Positions 38,441 to 59,727 are shown, counted from the stretch's first letter. The stretch is 64,000 nucleotides of DNA from Octopus vulgaris (GCA_951406725.2 OX597832.1:372001-436000), one strand, 5' to 3'. A program made the numbers and translations. The notes: generated by a model not told the origin, from the sequence alone.

Positions 38441-40589
38441 CATTATATTACTCAGCTAAGAAAACTCATTAGCTCTGGTATATTATCTATGTTCATATTT
38501 TTAACTACTCCAGCTCAGTTTCAGTTCTTTGAATTTACATCTAAGAAATTAGTATAATGTTTCTACTGATTAAATAAACACTGACTCCTGGCAGTCTTCA
38601 ACAAAATTTACCAATACCATTGGTACACACAGCAAAAATTGTAATGAAGTAAGTAGCCTGGTATTCAAAATCAATATTTGCTCTTAACAGTTCCTGATTG
38701 TTTACTAGGCCCAAAAGATCTTCGATAAAAATACAGTTTCTATCTATTGATGAATTAAAATATAGTATTAGTATTTTGACCATACCATAGTAAAATACCA
38801 ACCATCTAATTAATTTTCAAATAATCTAAAGTCAATAAAGAAATACACCATCACTTTACCTGCTAGAATAACAAATTTTCTTCAAATTCACCTTAACTTT
38901 ATAATCTGTAAGCTTTTGCACCATATTAAGCCAAGATTTTTTTTCATCTTTTTCATTATCTTCACTTCATTGTTGATTACTCACTAACTCCAGACTTCAG
39001 TGTTTCCATGCTGTGTTTTCTGTCTATTTTAAATCATCTGCTTGATTTCACACTTCCTTCCTAATAAAAAAATTTCTTTTATCTTCCAACCAATAAAGCT
39101 ATGATAATTTCTTAAGCTTCAAAAAGGTCAATAACCCAACAGCCAGTTTCTTTCTCACAAAACCAATACTTTTTACACTCAGACCAACACATCATTTACT
39201 ACAATGATTATTGATGCCATTTCTTCCCTTTACAGGAAATAACACTTTGACAAAAAAAAACAAAAAAAAAAAACCTCAGTTCAAATGTTAGAGTATTTGA
39301 ACTTTTAATAGAATTGGGAGAAGAGAATAACATTAAAAAAAAATGGTTGCAAAAGATAAACAATTTATTGTTTAATATTTCATTGTTGAATCTGGAAGTA
39401 TATTTCTGAGGGTGTCAGTATTAGCATTTTGACAAGTGAAAAGTTTGATATTATGAATTTTTCCATAAAACATTCAGGACAAAATAGACAGATGATGTCT
39501 GTGATAAACTCTTTATTTATAAGAAGCGACAAGTGTGTGAGTTGTATATAGTTGAAGACTACATTTTAACTGAATTGTTTTGGTGAATTTATGTTTCTGA
39601 AAGCAATAAAAAATTAAAAAAACTAAACTGAAGTGTAATTAAAACAAACATGCACACATGGTGAAGTTTTAATGGGTGAGGGAGAAGGAATAGTAAGTTG
39701 CTGACTACTGCAAAAATAATGATACAAATTTGGTGGGAGAGGGGAAGAAAGAGAGGGACACACAGACAAAAAGGGAATGTTAACCAATGATAAATGTGAA
39801 AGTCAGTTGCTGAAACAGTCAGCCAAGTGGTTTTATAGGAAAGATAGTATTTCAGTGAAACTTTATCCAACATATTTGCATTGATTCCAAAAAGACAGAA
39901 AGTCAGAGTCAAAGTATATGAAAACTAACTTTATTAAAAATAGAAAAATGGAAAAAGAATTTTTAAAAGTAAAAGCAGTTAAATTTTCAGAAAAGCATTT
40001 AATGTTATTCCGTCTCTCTTACATTCATGTGCATATCTGTTGCACACTTTGTCTCATATATAGATGCTGCACACATTCACTCTCATATATGGATGTACAC
40101 ATTTCTTCTGCTGCACTTCTCTTCATGAACTTCAAGAATCAATCTGGCATTCTCTAAACCAAGTACATGAATTATTCTTACTTCTTTTAACAATGTCTTC
40201 ATTCTCTACATGTACCCTAAAGTAGTTTATAAAGAGAAAAAAACCGAGCTCTCTTTGCATCTAAAGATGATGAGACTAGTTTTGTTGTTCAGAAAGAAAA
40301 CAGATGTAATTAAAACTTAAATCATGTTATTTGCATGGATTTTCTGTTGCTACATTAAATTAATATGGTAACATTTGATGTATAAATATGTTATTAAAAC
40401 ATCATTGCTAGCTTTTTCAACAACATTGCTCCTTCTTAGTTGACTAATCCTAAACAACATCAACAGTGTTTTAACACAGCAAACAAAATGTATTCTGTAG
40501 TCAGTATGAATAACTTGGTTTGATGAAAACAGTTATCTAATTAAAATGTTTTATCTGTTGTTAGTTATTAAATGACATTAAGAACAGAA

Positions 40590-40935
40590 TTAACTTAAAT
40601 GAGATGCAGTTTGAATTTGTACCAGGAAGAGACATTATTGAAGCAATCTTCTTAGTGAAACAGGTGCAGACACTTTGCTAAAAATAAGTCCCTATACCAC
40701 ATTCATCATTTTAATAGCAGTTCCACACCTTGTTATCTGGTGATTGCTAAGAAGGTAAAGGCTAAATAAATGGTTTGTGAGAACAGTACAAATAACATGG
40801 CTGAAGAAGTTGCTTCCCAACCACATGGTTCAAGATTCAGTCCCATTATGTGACAACTTGGGCAAATGTCTTCTCTAGTTTAGGCTGATCAAAGCCTTGT
40901 GAGTGGATTTGGTAGAAAGAAGCCCATTCTGTATG
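40590..40935 (+). mobile_element. Decayed RTE RT fragment followed by SINE head
   Basis: NEMQFEFVPGRDIIEAIFLVKQVQ, then a SINE with B-box-like GATTCAGTCCC at ~40835. Confidence 0.5.
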
Positions 40936-40938
40936 CGT

Positions 40939-40988
<50 letters not shown>

Positions 40989-41013
40989 ACACATACAGAA
41001 TGGGCTTATCTGC

Positions 41014-42500
41014 TCATATATATATATATGAGCAGATAATATTTAAAGAAGAGATGCTTGTAAAGAAAACAAAAAGGGAGATAACCATTGTTACAACTGT
41101 TTGATGTTCAGCAGACATAAACCATCTGGGGAAGGCTTGAGTCGTCCATTGCTTATTGATATATGACTTAGCATTAGGAGGACAAGAGGTGTGTCTGTTA
41201 AAGATTTTGTTGTATCTATGGGTTCTAGGGAAGTGGATATCTACTAAGTGCAAGAATCTTCTATCTACATTTGTCCTAACATTAAGGAAGAAAGTAGGGT
41301 GACACAAACCATAAAATTTTCCAAGGCCTATTTTTACCACTAGATGATAGAGAAAGTTGGAGTTTATAGAAAATTTTAAGAGTGAATCTGCTATCCTGTA
41401 GGGCCTTATTATGAGGTGGCATCAAAAAGTTTGCAGACTAATTTTCTAGCACACTAACAGATGGCAGCACATGCTTGTGTGTACAGTGAAAGCAAGCAGT
41501 GACCTTCATGAGGCAGTGTGTCAAGTGACGTTGCTGTGTTTACTTCACAAGTTGTGAAATTTGTGTTTTCATGATCATGTGTATGCTAGAGTCTGCAATT
41601 TTTGTCATGGACAGGAAGTTGGAACAAAGTGCCAATGTGAAATTTTGCATTAAACTTCGGAAGTCTGCTACAGAGACATTGAGCATGCTTTGACAAGCTT
41701 ATAGTGACAAGGCAATGGGTTATATGCGATGTTTCGAATGGCATAGGTGCATGACAGAGTCACAGCTCAATCAAGAGCATGCTCATCATTTCTTTTGATA
41801 TCCACAATATTGTACATGAAGAATTCATTGCCCAGGGCCAGACCATCATTAGAGAGGTCTACTTCAATGTTTCAAAGTGTTTGATGGAGGACAATCATGG
41901 AAAGTGACCATATCTGTGGAGTGCAAAGAATTGGATTCTTTATGATGACAATGCACCCTGTCATTGAGCTCTCCTTACTCATGAATTTCTTGTCAAAAAC
42001 AACATGGCATCGCTTCCACACCCACCCTATTCACTAGATTTAGAACCTGCAGACTTCCATCTTTTCCCCAAGAAGAAAATGCAGTTCAAAGTTTGCTGTT
42101 TTAACACCATTGCCAAGATCCAGGACAAGTCCCAGAAGGTCCTTGGCTCACTTACGGAAAACAACTTCTAAGACAGGTAACAAAAGTAGCAGGAATACTG
42201 GGACTGGTGTATTGCTGTGTAAGGTGACTATTTCAAAGGAGACGATGTTAAAACTTAGGTAAATGAGTTATTTTTTATTAAACATAGCTAATCTGGAAAC
42301 TTTTTGATAACATGGGGCAACATTTTTGAATATTTCTTTAGAAGAAGAAAGGAATGTGATCCTATGGCTAATATTTGGAATTAAGTTTTTAAATACAATA
42401 GGTGGGTGACAGGAATGTCTTTTAATATATTTAAGGTTCTCATTAGGTTTGTGGAAGGGCATATATGAATTAGTTTTAAGATTTAAGGAAACGTCTAAAA
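41014..42500 (-). mobile_element. Penelope-like RT/linker fragment split by a mariner
   Basis: PFHKPNENLKYIKRHSCHPPIVFKNL...VAPCY (42268-42462) continues past the mariner as NKALQDS...VRTNVDRRFLHLVDIHFPRTHRYNKIFNRHT. Confidence 0.75.
41412..42313 (+). mobile_element. Internally deleted mariner transposon
   Basis: TIR ATCAAAAAGTTTGCAGACTA / TAATCTGGAAACTTTTTGATA; MDRKLEQSANVKFCIKL, DNAPCH, HPPYSLDLEPADFHLFPK. Confidence 0.85.
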
Positions 42501-42609
42501 AGTTTTAATTAGGTTGGTATTGATAGTCTTTAGGACTTAATATATCTATTGATACCAACTTGGCTAAAATGACCTTTTGGATATTTCCTTAGATCTTAAA
42601 ACTAATTAA

Positions 42610-42781
42610 TTTAAGCCCTTCTACAAACCTAATGAGAACCTTGAATATATTAATAAACATTCCTGTCACTCACCTATTGTATTTAAAATCTCAATTCTAA
42701 ATATTAGCCATCGGATCACATGCCTTCCTTCTAAAGAAATATTTGAAAAAGTAGCCTCAAATTATAAGGACCTTCAGGATA
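42610..42781 (+). repeat. Inverted duplicate of Penelope segment 42310-42465
   Basis: CCCTTCTACAAACCTAATGAGAACCTTGAATATAT... is the diverged reverse complement of 42310-42465. Confidence 0.75.
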
Positions 42782-44081
42782 ATCTTCTACAATCCCCCAC
42801 CTCCTCTATCATCTGGTCGTAAGAATAAGTCTCAGAATGTTTTAGATTCAGGAAGATGTAGAACAAAGTGGTGAGAAAAGATCTTCAGATGCTGGACCTC
42901 ACTGAGGAAATCACAAGGAAATCACTGAGAGCTGTGATGATTTGCTGTACTTGAAAAGATGCATCAAGCTAAGTAAAATCGTTGTCTTCCATACATAGAG
43001 GCTTGTCCTTTGCAAGTGTCAGTGCCTCATAAAATGCACCCATGCCTGTGTTATGGCTGTCAACCTGTCAGCCTGTGTTCTGGTCCTTGTTTGTTAAGGA
43101 CCAAATCTGTAGAAGATTTAGAGGGGAAATTCTAGACATAGAAGCAAAAACCTAGACTTCAAAGATCTCAAAGTAAACTTAAAAAAGACTGAGGTTTTAG
43201 TGATTAGGAAAGACAAAACTCGCCTATCTTCAGGGAAATTGCCATGCTAGATATGCAGTGAAGGAGTAAGTAGGAATTCCATTAGGTGTACCCAACTCTA
43301 CACTTTGGATGCAAATGAGGTGCATTTTGAATATTCTGTGAAAACATGTCTGGCTATGAGGAAATATTACCTTGCTTGGAAACAAGTAAGGATTGGTAAC
43401 AAGAGGTGTATCCAACCATAGAAAACTCTACCTGACCATGAATAGTGAACATTAAAACAACAATGATGATGTATGGTGGGATGATTATAGACACACTAAT
43501 AGATGCATGTGTTGCAGATGCATGAGGGCAATAAGCACTTAAAGCACACAGGAAATAGATTCTCTATATTAATTAAGGGGATTTAGAAGAACTTTTTATG
43601 AGAATATTCTTAGTAAATAAATTGGCACACACATCAAAAACTTAAAAATATAATGGAAGGGAGGCAACCAAGATGAAAGTTCTTAGAATTAGGAATATTT
43701 AAATTTAGTATTTAAGAATGAAGTGTGGGTTTTATGGGGCATAATCATTTGGGGTAGTTAGAGGTAATATTTATTTTAAAAAAAAGGAAAGAAAAGAAGA
43801 ATTAGGTGTAGTAGGATTCTTGCAGAAATAGATATGGAAATTACCAATTCTTTAAAACTTTTTGTAGATTAGGTATACAACTTAATAATTTTATTAGATA
43901 TATATAGTATTTATGTAATAGTTATAGAAATTTTAAAAGATTTTATTCCACTTCATTTAATTTATTTATGTTACTAAATTTCTTAATAACTAATATTGAT
44001 TAAATAAAAACTAGTAGGGTACATTATTTCCTTATTTGAGTTTAAAACATTTAGATTCAAACTTTAGGAATAACTAGAATG

Positions 44082-44503
44082 CTATTCTTTAAAATATTTA
44101 AAGGTACAGGTAGTACAGTGTATGCAAGATGCCCCTAGATCAAAACGGTTATTTAATAAGTTTACATTATTCCTATGTTTCAAAATTTCATATATCTCCA
44201 TAGAACAAAGTTCACATTCATCTCTACTATTTTTATAAGGCTGTGCCTTTCTTATTATGTCCATTTAAGGTTAAATCCGATACTATTTCCTTTCAACTCC
44301 CAAATTTTACTAGACAGCGTTGTGCAACCTGCCTTATGTTTAAGTCTAAAACTAGAAAAATGATTGTTTATACGTTTCTTCAGGTCTATAGAACAACCGA
44401 AATAAATATAGCTATTATTTGAAGTCATTACTGTACATTTAGAACTTACGTTTTGAACCAGACACCGATCAGATACTGGACATTTCTGTCTGTATAAGAG
44501 CAT
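44082..44503 (-). mobile_element. Penelope GIY-YIG endonuclease fragment (frameshifted)
   Basis: CPV...CL..NV...YIYFGCSIDLKKRINNHFSSF...LSSKIWELK / DIIRKAQPY....CELC..E; related to 32400-32650. Confidence 0.82.
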
Positions 44504-44519
44504 TTTTAAGGTAATCCTT

Positions 44520-44815
44520 AAACCTTAGTTTAGGCTTTTGCACTGATCTGCCATCTTCCAGTTCACCATACAATAGCTGCTTGGGCAGTCGCTCATCACT
44601 CATCCTTACCAAATGTCCCCACCCCACAACCTCAAACGTCTTTGCAAAATCATTGATTCTATATTTCTACTGCCACTCCTCTCAAGCACCTCCACAATAC
44701 TAATGTCCATTTTCCAGCTTATCCCCAAAATTTTTCTCAGACAGTATTGATGAAATCATTCCAATTGCCTTACCTGCCTACAGTAAACAACCCATGCCTC
44801 ACTTCCATATAGCAA
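44520..44815 (-). mobile_element. Old RTE (BovB-like) LINE fragment
   Basis: The minus strand reads GHLVRMSDERLPKQLLYGEL. Confidence 0.6.
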
Positions 44816-44951
44816 AGATAGGATGATGCATGTGTTATATACCTTAACTTAAATTCGTAAAGATATATTATGTTGTTTCCACAGACGCCTATCAAGCTTA
44901 CCAAAAGCACTACTATATATATATATATTTATATAGCATATATATATAAAT

Positions 44952-46140
44952 ATCATCATCATCATCATCATCATTTAACGTCCGCTTTCCATGCTAGCAT
45001 GGGTTGGACGGTTCAACTGGGGTCTGGGGAGCCCGAAGGCTGCACCAGGCCAGTCAGATCTGGCAGTGTTTCTACAGATGGATGCCCTTCCTAACGCCAA
45101 CCACTCCGAGAGTGTAGTGGGTGATTTTATGTGCCACCGACACAGGTGCCAGACGAGGCTGGCGAACGACCACGCTTGGATGGTGTTTTTTATGTGCCAC
45201 CGACACAGGTGCCAGACAAGGCTGGCAGACGGCCACGCTCGGATGGTGTTTGTATGTGCCACCGACACAGGTGCCAGATGAGGCTGGCGAACGGCCACGA
45301 TCGAATGGTGTTTGTTACGTGCCCACAGCACGGAGGCCAGTCGATGCGGTACTGGCTACGGCCACGTTCGGATGGTTTTCTTGTGTGTCACCGGCACTGG
45401 TACCACAGAGATACAAATTCCATTGATGTTCATCTATTTTGATTTGTTTTGATTTTCACTTGCCTCAACAGGTCTTCACAAGTGTCACAAGAAGGAAGGT
45501 ATGCACAGGTGGACTGACTATGTCCCAGGTAGGGGCCACAGGTTATGGCCTGACTAGTCTTGCCAGGTCTTCGGATGGTGTTTTTATGTGCCACCGACAC
45601 AGGTGCCACATGAGGCTGGCGAACGGCCATGATCGGATGGTGTTTGTTACGTGCCCACAGCACGGAGGCCAGTCGATGCGGTACTGGCTACGGCCACGTT
45701 CGGATGGTTTTCTTGTGTGCTACCGGCACTGGTACCACAAAGATACAAATTCCATTGATGTTCATCAATTTTGATTTGTTTTGATTTGATTTTCACTTGC
45801 CTCAACAGGTCTTCACAAGTGTCACAAGAAGGAAGGTATGCACAGGTGGACTGACTACGTCCCAGATAGGGGCCACGGGTTATGGCCTGACTAGTCTTGC
45901 CGGGTCTTTGGATGGTGTTTTTATGTGTCACCGACACAGGTGCCAGATGAGGCTGGCGAACGGCCACAATCGGATGGTGTTTGTTATGTGCCAACAGCAC
46001 GGAGGCCAGTCGATGCGGTACTGGCTACGGCCACGTCCGGATGGTTTTCTTGTGTGCCACTGGCACTGGTACCACAAAGATACAAATTCCATTGATGTTC
46101 ATCTATTTTGATTTGTTTTGATTTGATTTTCACTTGCCTC
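44952..46140 (-). mobile_element. RTE LINE 3' end with tandem triplication
   Basis: (GAT)n tail at 44952-44974; a ~330-340 bp 3'UTR unit is repeated about three times (45243-, 45570-, 45909-). Confidence 0.88.
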
Positions 46141-46175
46141 TTAGATTTATATATATATATATATATATTTATATA

Positions 46176-46224
<49 letters not shown>

Positions 46225-46226
46225 GC

Positions 46227-46258
<32 letters not shown>

Positions 46259-46265
46259 TTATATA

Positions 46266-46310
<45 letters not shown>

Positions 46311-46312
46311 GC

Positions 46313-46344
<32 letters not shown>

Positions 46345-46353
46345 TTATATAGC

Positions 46354-46399
<46 letters not shown>

Positions 46400-46510
46400 A
46401 TATATATATATAGTATATATGTATATATATTTATATATGTATATACTATATAAATATATATATATATATATATATAGTATATATGTATATATATTTATAT
46501 ATGTATATAC

Positions 46511-46542
<32 letters not shown>

Positions 46543-46780
46543 GTATATATGTATATATATTTATATATGTATATACTATATATGTATATATATTTATATA
46601 TGTATATACTATATAATATATATATATATATATATAGTATATATGTATATATATTTATATATGTATATACTATATATGTATATATATTTATATATGTATA
46701 TACTATATAAATATATATATATTTATATAGCATATATATATATATAGTATATATGTATATATATTTGTATATGTATATAC

Positions 46781-46956
<176 letters not shown>

Positions 46957-47161
46957 GTATATACTATATATATATTTATATATGTATATATATATTTATA
47001 TATGTATATATATATATATTTATATATATATATATATATTTATATATGTATATATATATATATTTATATATGTATATATATATTTATATATGTATATATA
47101 TATTATATATATATATTTATATATGTATATATATTTATATATGTATAAATATATATATTTA

Positions 47162-47306
<145 letters not shown>

Positions 47307-47309
47307 TTA

Positions 47310-49254
<1,945 letters not shown>

Positions 49255-49284
49255 ATATTTATATATGTATATATATATATATAT

Positions 49285-49679
49285 ATAATAGAAATATTAA
49301 AATTACTAAGTCTCTCTAAAAGAGAACAACGGCAGCGTTCCGGAAAATAATAGTTATCGCCATACTAATATGGCATTCTTATAAAAATAAGAATAAAGCT
49401 GTCCGCTTATTAGCTCCATGAGGCCATCGCCTTAAGTTAGCTATTTGATACACAAACTGTATCCATATAACCTTCGAACAAGGGAGGTCAGTCGCTCCAC
49501 ACTACTTGACCGGCAGCTACAGACTCGTTTCGGGGTATTGCCCCTTTTCAATGCAGCGTAGCCAGACCAGTAGGTGTCGCTTCTGACAATATCTGTTCGA
49601 AGGTTTTATTTACCTAGCTTCGGTGGAATACATCCACTTGTTTTCAATAATAGAAATATTAAAATTACTAAGTCTCTCT
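49285..49679 (-). mobile_element. Candidate non-LTR retrozyme (362-bp monomer plus 33-bp terminal redundancy)
   Basis: The direct repeat ATAATAGAAATATTAAAATTACTAAGTCTCTCT occurs at 49285-49317 and 49647-49679. It contains an internal hammerhead and no credible ORF. Confidence 0.65.
49512..49563 (-). ncRNA. Type I hammerhead ribozyme, U3-A8 core variant
   Basis: Minus strand: GGC-TAC-GCTGCA TTGAAAA GGGG-CAATA-CCCC GAAA C-GA-GTC TGTAGC-T-GCC. Stem I GCUGCA/UGUAGC, 4-bp GC stem II, minimal stem III, GUC cleavage triplet. Confidence 0.75.
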
Positions 49680-50031
49680 GACTTGTTTCAGTCATTTGAC
49701 TGCAGCCATGCTGGAGCACCGCCTTTAGTCGAGCAAATCGACCCCGGGACTTATTCTTTTGCCGAACCGCTAAGTGACGGGGACGTAAACACACCAGCAT
49801 CGGTTGTCAAGCAATGCTAGGGGGACAAACACAGGCACACAAACACACACACATACACACATATATATATACATATATACGACAGGCTTCTTTCAGTTTC
49901 CATCTACCAAATCCACTCACAAGGTATTGGTCGGCCTGGGGCTATAGCAGAAGACACTTGCCCAAGGTGCTACGCAGTGGAACTGAACCCAGAACCATGT
50001 GGTTGGTTAGCAAGCTACTTACCACACAGCC
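49680..50031 (-). mobile_element. tRNA-derived SINE with CR1/L2-type LINE-like tail
   Basis: Head GGCTGTGTGGTAAG...GGTTCAGTTCC (A/B boxes). The tail (+ strand GTTTCAGTCATTTGACTGCAGCCATGCTGGAGCACCGCC) matches the LINE 3' end at ~62650-62690. Confidence 0.75.
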
Positions 50032-50035
50032 AGAC

Positions 50036-50676
50036 ATCATCATCATCATCATTTAGCGTCCGCTTTCCATGCTAGCATGGGTTGGACGGTTCAACTGGGG
50101 TCTGTGAAGCCAGAAGGCTGCATCAGGCCCAGTCTGATCTGGCAGTGTTTCTACGGCTGGATGCCCTTCCTAACGCCAACCACTCCGTGAGTGTAGTGGG
50201 TGCTTTTTACGTGCCACCCGCACAGGTGCCAGACAGAGCTGGCAAACGGCCACGGACGGATGGTGCTTTTTACGTGCCACCGGCACGGGGGCCAGGCAAG
50301 GCTGGCAACGGCCACAATCGGATGGTGCTTTTTACATGCTATTGGCACGGGGGCCAGGCGAGGCTGACAACGGCTTCGAACGGATGGTGCTTTTTACGTG
50401 CCACTGGCACGGAGGGGAGTCGGGGCGGCGCTGGCAACGGCTACGATAGGATGGTTCGCTTACTTGTCACCAGCACTGGTATCACAGCTGCAATTTCCAT
50501 AGATGTTGATTGACTTCGATTTTGGTTCTGCTTTCTGATATCTGATTTGGTTTGATTTTTTGATTTTTATGATTTTCACTTGCCTGAACAGGTCTTCACA
50601 ATTGGAGTTTTGTGTCCCAAGAAGGAAAGGTATGTATAAGTCGACTGACTACATACCAGGTAGAGGCCACGGGTTA
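50036..50676 (-). mobile_element. RTE LINE 3' UTR fragment
   Basis: (GAT)n tail and 3'UTR repeats closely similar to 27826-28370. Confidence 0.88.
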
Positions 50677-50723
50677 TACATATATATATATATATATATA
50701 TTTATATATGTATAGATAAACAC

Positions 50724-50786
<63 letters not shown>

Positions 50787-50902
50787 CATATATATATTTA
50801 TATATATATATGTATATATATACATATATATATTTATATATGTATAGATATACATATATATATATTTATATATGTATAGATATACATATATATATATTTA
50901 TA

Positions 50903-50952
<50 letters not shown>

Positions 50953-51000
50953 TATATTTATATATGTATAGATATACATATATATATATTTATATATATG

Positions 51001-51042
<42 letters not shown>

Positions 51043-51101
51043 TATATTTATATATGTATAGATATACATATATATATATTTATATATATGTATATATATA
51101 C

Positions 51102-51134
<33 letters not shown>

Positions 51135-51206
51135 TATATTTATATATGTATATATATACATATATATATTTATATATGTATAGATATACATATATATATA
51201 TTTATA

Positions 51207-51239
<33 letters not shown>

Positions 51240-51327
51240 GTATATATATACATATATATATTTATATATGTATAGATATACATATATATATTTATATATG
51301 TATAGATATACATATATATATATTATA

Positions 51328-51375
<48 letters not shown>

Positions 51376-51812
51376 CATATATATATTTATATATGTATAG
51401 ATATACATATATATATTTATATATGTATAGATATACATATATATATATTTATATATGTATAGATATACATATATATATATTTATATATGTATAGATATAC
51501 ATATATATATATATATATCTATATGTATATATACATATATATATATATGTATATATACATATATATATATACATCTATATATACATATATATATATACAT
51601 ATATATATATACATATATATATACATATATATATACATATAGATATATACATATATATACATATATATATACATATATATATACATATATATATACATAT
51701 ATATATATACATATATATATACATATATATATACATATATATACATATATATACATATATATATATACATATATATACACATATATATATACATATATAT
51801 ACATATATATAT

Positions 51813-51884
<72 letters not shown>

Positions 51885-51909
51885 ATATGTATATATATAT
51901 ATATATATC

Positions 51910-51971
<62 letters not shown>

Positions 51972-52006
51972 GTATATATATACATATAGATATATATATA
52001 TCTATC

Positions 52007-52114
<108 letters not shown>

Positions 52115-52148
52115 GATATATATATACATATAGATATATATATATCTA

Positions 52149-52193
<45 letters not shown>

Positions 52194-52194
52194 A

Positions 52195-52247
<53 letters not shown>

Positions 52248-52312
52248 ATATGTATATATATCTATATGTATATATATATATATATATATATCTATCTATA
52301 TGTATATATCTA

Positions 52313-53263
<951 letters not shown>

Positions 53264-53289
53264 GATATATATATATATATATATATCTA

Positions 53290-53374
<85 letters not shown>

Positions 53375-53391
53375 CTATATCTATATGTATA

Positions 53392-53428
<37 letters not shown>

Positions 53429-53513
53429 ATATCTATATGTATATCTATATATCTATATGTATATATATATATATATATATCTATATCTATATCTATATGT
53501 ATATCTATATATC

Positions 53514-53546
<33 letters not shown>

Positions 53547-53745
53547 CTATATCTATATGTATATCTATATATCTATATGTATATATATATATATATATCT
53601 ATATCTATATGTATATCTATATATCTATATGTATATATATATATATCTATATCTATATGTATATCTATATATCTATATGTATATATATATATATATCTAT
53701 ATCTATATATCTATATGTATATATATATATATATATCTATATATC

Positions 53746-53898
<153 letters not shown>

Positions 53899-53927
53899 CT
53901 ATATGTATATATATATATATCTATATG

Positions 53928-54222
<295 letters not shown>

Positions 54223-54247
54223 ATATATATATTTATGTATATATACG

Positions 54248-54279
<32 letters not shown>

Positions 54280-54463
54280 CGTATATATATATATATATTA
54301 TATATATATAAGTATATATATCTATATATATTTATATATATACGTATATATATATATATCTATATACGTATATATATACATATATATACATATATACATA
54401 TACATATATATACATATATACATATATATATATACATATATATATACATATATACATATATAT

Positions 54464-54508
<45 letters not shown>

Positions 54509-54521
54509 CATATATATATAT

Positions 54522-54612
<91 letters not shown>

Positions 54613-54637
54613 CATATATACATATATATATATATAC

Positions 54638-54774
<137 letters not shown>

Positions 54775-54775
54775 C

Positions 54776-54820
<45 letters not shown>

Positions 54821-54843
54821 CATATACATATATATATATATAC

Positions 54844-55058
<215 letters not shown>

Positions 55059-55070
55059 ATATAGTGTGTA

Positions 55071-55666
<596 letters not shown>

Positions 55667-55672
55667 GTGTGT

Positions 55673-56211
<539 letters not shown>

Positions 56212-56213
56212 AT

Positions 56214-56372
<159 letters not shown>

Positions 56373-56379
56373 TATATAC

Positions 56380-57060
<681 letters not shown>

Positions 57061-57075
57061 TATATACATATATAT

Positions 57076-57217
<142 letters not shown>

Positions 57218-57220
57218 TAC

Positions 57221-57303
<83 letters not shown>

Positions 57304-57690
57304 TATAATATATAATATATATATATATATTTATATATGAAAATGACCAATATATGTAGATCTCTTAGTTTTCTTGGCAGTTTTTGAAATATATACATAT
57401 ATACATATATGCTCCTTATATATATGCAGTACTGTAATTATATATCCAGGATTGTATATGTATATACATCTTCTCTGTTGTACAAATTGAGTTCCCTATA
57501 TATATATATATGGTTAGTTTATATATGACCATATATATACATATATAGTGTATATATGTCCGGAATATATATATATACATGTATATATATATATATCACT
57601 CATATATCCCCAGGTCCCGTATATATATATATCCCTCCTTATATATGTATATATACATATATATATATACCACATATTTGTATATATATC

Positions 57691-57864
<174 letters not shown>

Positions 57865-57872
57865 ATATATAC

Positions 57873-58009
<137 letters not shown>

Positions 58010-58012
58010 CAT

Positions 58013-58059
<47 letters not shown>

Positions 58060-58120
58060 CATATATATATATACATATATACATATATACATATATATAC
58101 ATATATACATATATATATAT

Positions 58121-58171
<51 letters not shown>

Positions 58172-58196
58172 CATACATATATACATATATATATAC

Positions 58197-58263
<67 letters not shown>

Positions 58264-58267
58264 TATA

Positions 58268-58317
<50 letters not shown>

Positions 58318-58956
58318 CATATATACATATATATATACATATATATATATATATACATATATATACATATCACCTATACATATATATACATATACATATA
58401 TATATATACATACATACATATATACATATATATATACATATACATACATATATACATATACATATACATATATATATATATACATATATATATACATACA
58501 TATATATATATACATACATATATACATATACCTATACATATATATATATATACATATATATATATACATACATATATATATATATATATACATACATATA
58601 CATATATATATATATACACATATATACATATATATATCATATACATATACATATATACATATATATATATACATATACATATATAATATATATATATATA
58701 TCATACATATATGACATATATATACATACATATATACATATATATATATACAACACATATATATATATATATACATACATATATACATATATATACGAAC
58801 ATATATATATATACATATACATATATATATATTTGATATATATATATACATATATACATATATACACATGATATATATACATATATATATGCACATATAT
58901 ACATATACATATATACATATATATATATATATACATACATATATACATATATATAC

Positions 58957-59005
<49 letters not shown>

Positions 59006-59026
59006 TATATACATATATATATATAC

Positions 59027-59065
<39 letters not shown>

Positions 59066-59066
59066 C

Positions 59067-59281
<215 letters not shown>

Positions 59282-59283
59282 CA

Positions 59284-59396
<113 letters not shown>

Positions 59397-59497
59397 GTAT
59401 ATACATGTAATGTGACATTTACACAATACAATAATATACGCAACACAATTCATAATAATATATTTGTTTTATCCTTTTCTGCCAAATTTTCCCAAAT

Positions 59498-59727
59498 AAT
59501 GTGACAATTATGTATAAAAAAACATTTTTGAATTCATAATATCCAATGTGACAATTATGTAAAAAACATTTTTGAATTCATAATATCCAATGTGACAATT
59601 ATGTAAAAAACTTTTTTTGAACCCATAATATCCAATGTGACAATTATGTAAAAAACTTTTTTGAATGCATAATATTCAATGTGACAATTATGTAAAAAAA
59701 TTTTTTTGAACCCATATTATTCAATGT
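59498..59727. repeat. Minisatellite, ~5 copies of a ~44-47-bp unit
   Basis: AATGTGACAATTATGTAAAAAA(C/T)TTTTTGAA..CATAATAT(C/T)C repeated in tandem. Confidence 0.9.

Noticed and set aside
59498-59727. Regularly spaced repeats as a possible CRISPR array
   Set aside because: Units are contiguous without unique spacers, there are no cas genes, and the context is eukaryotic.
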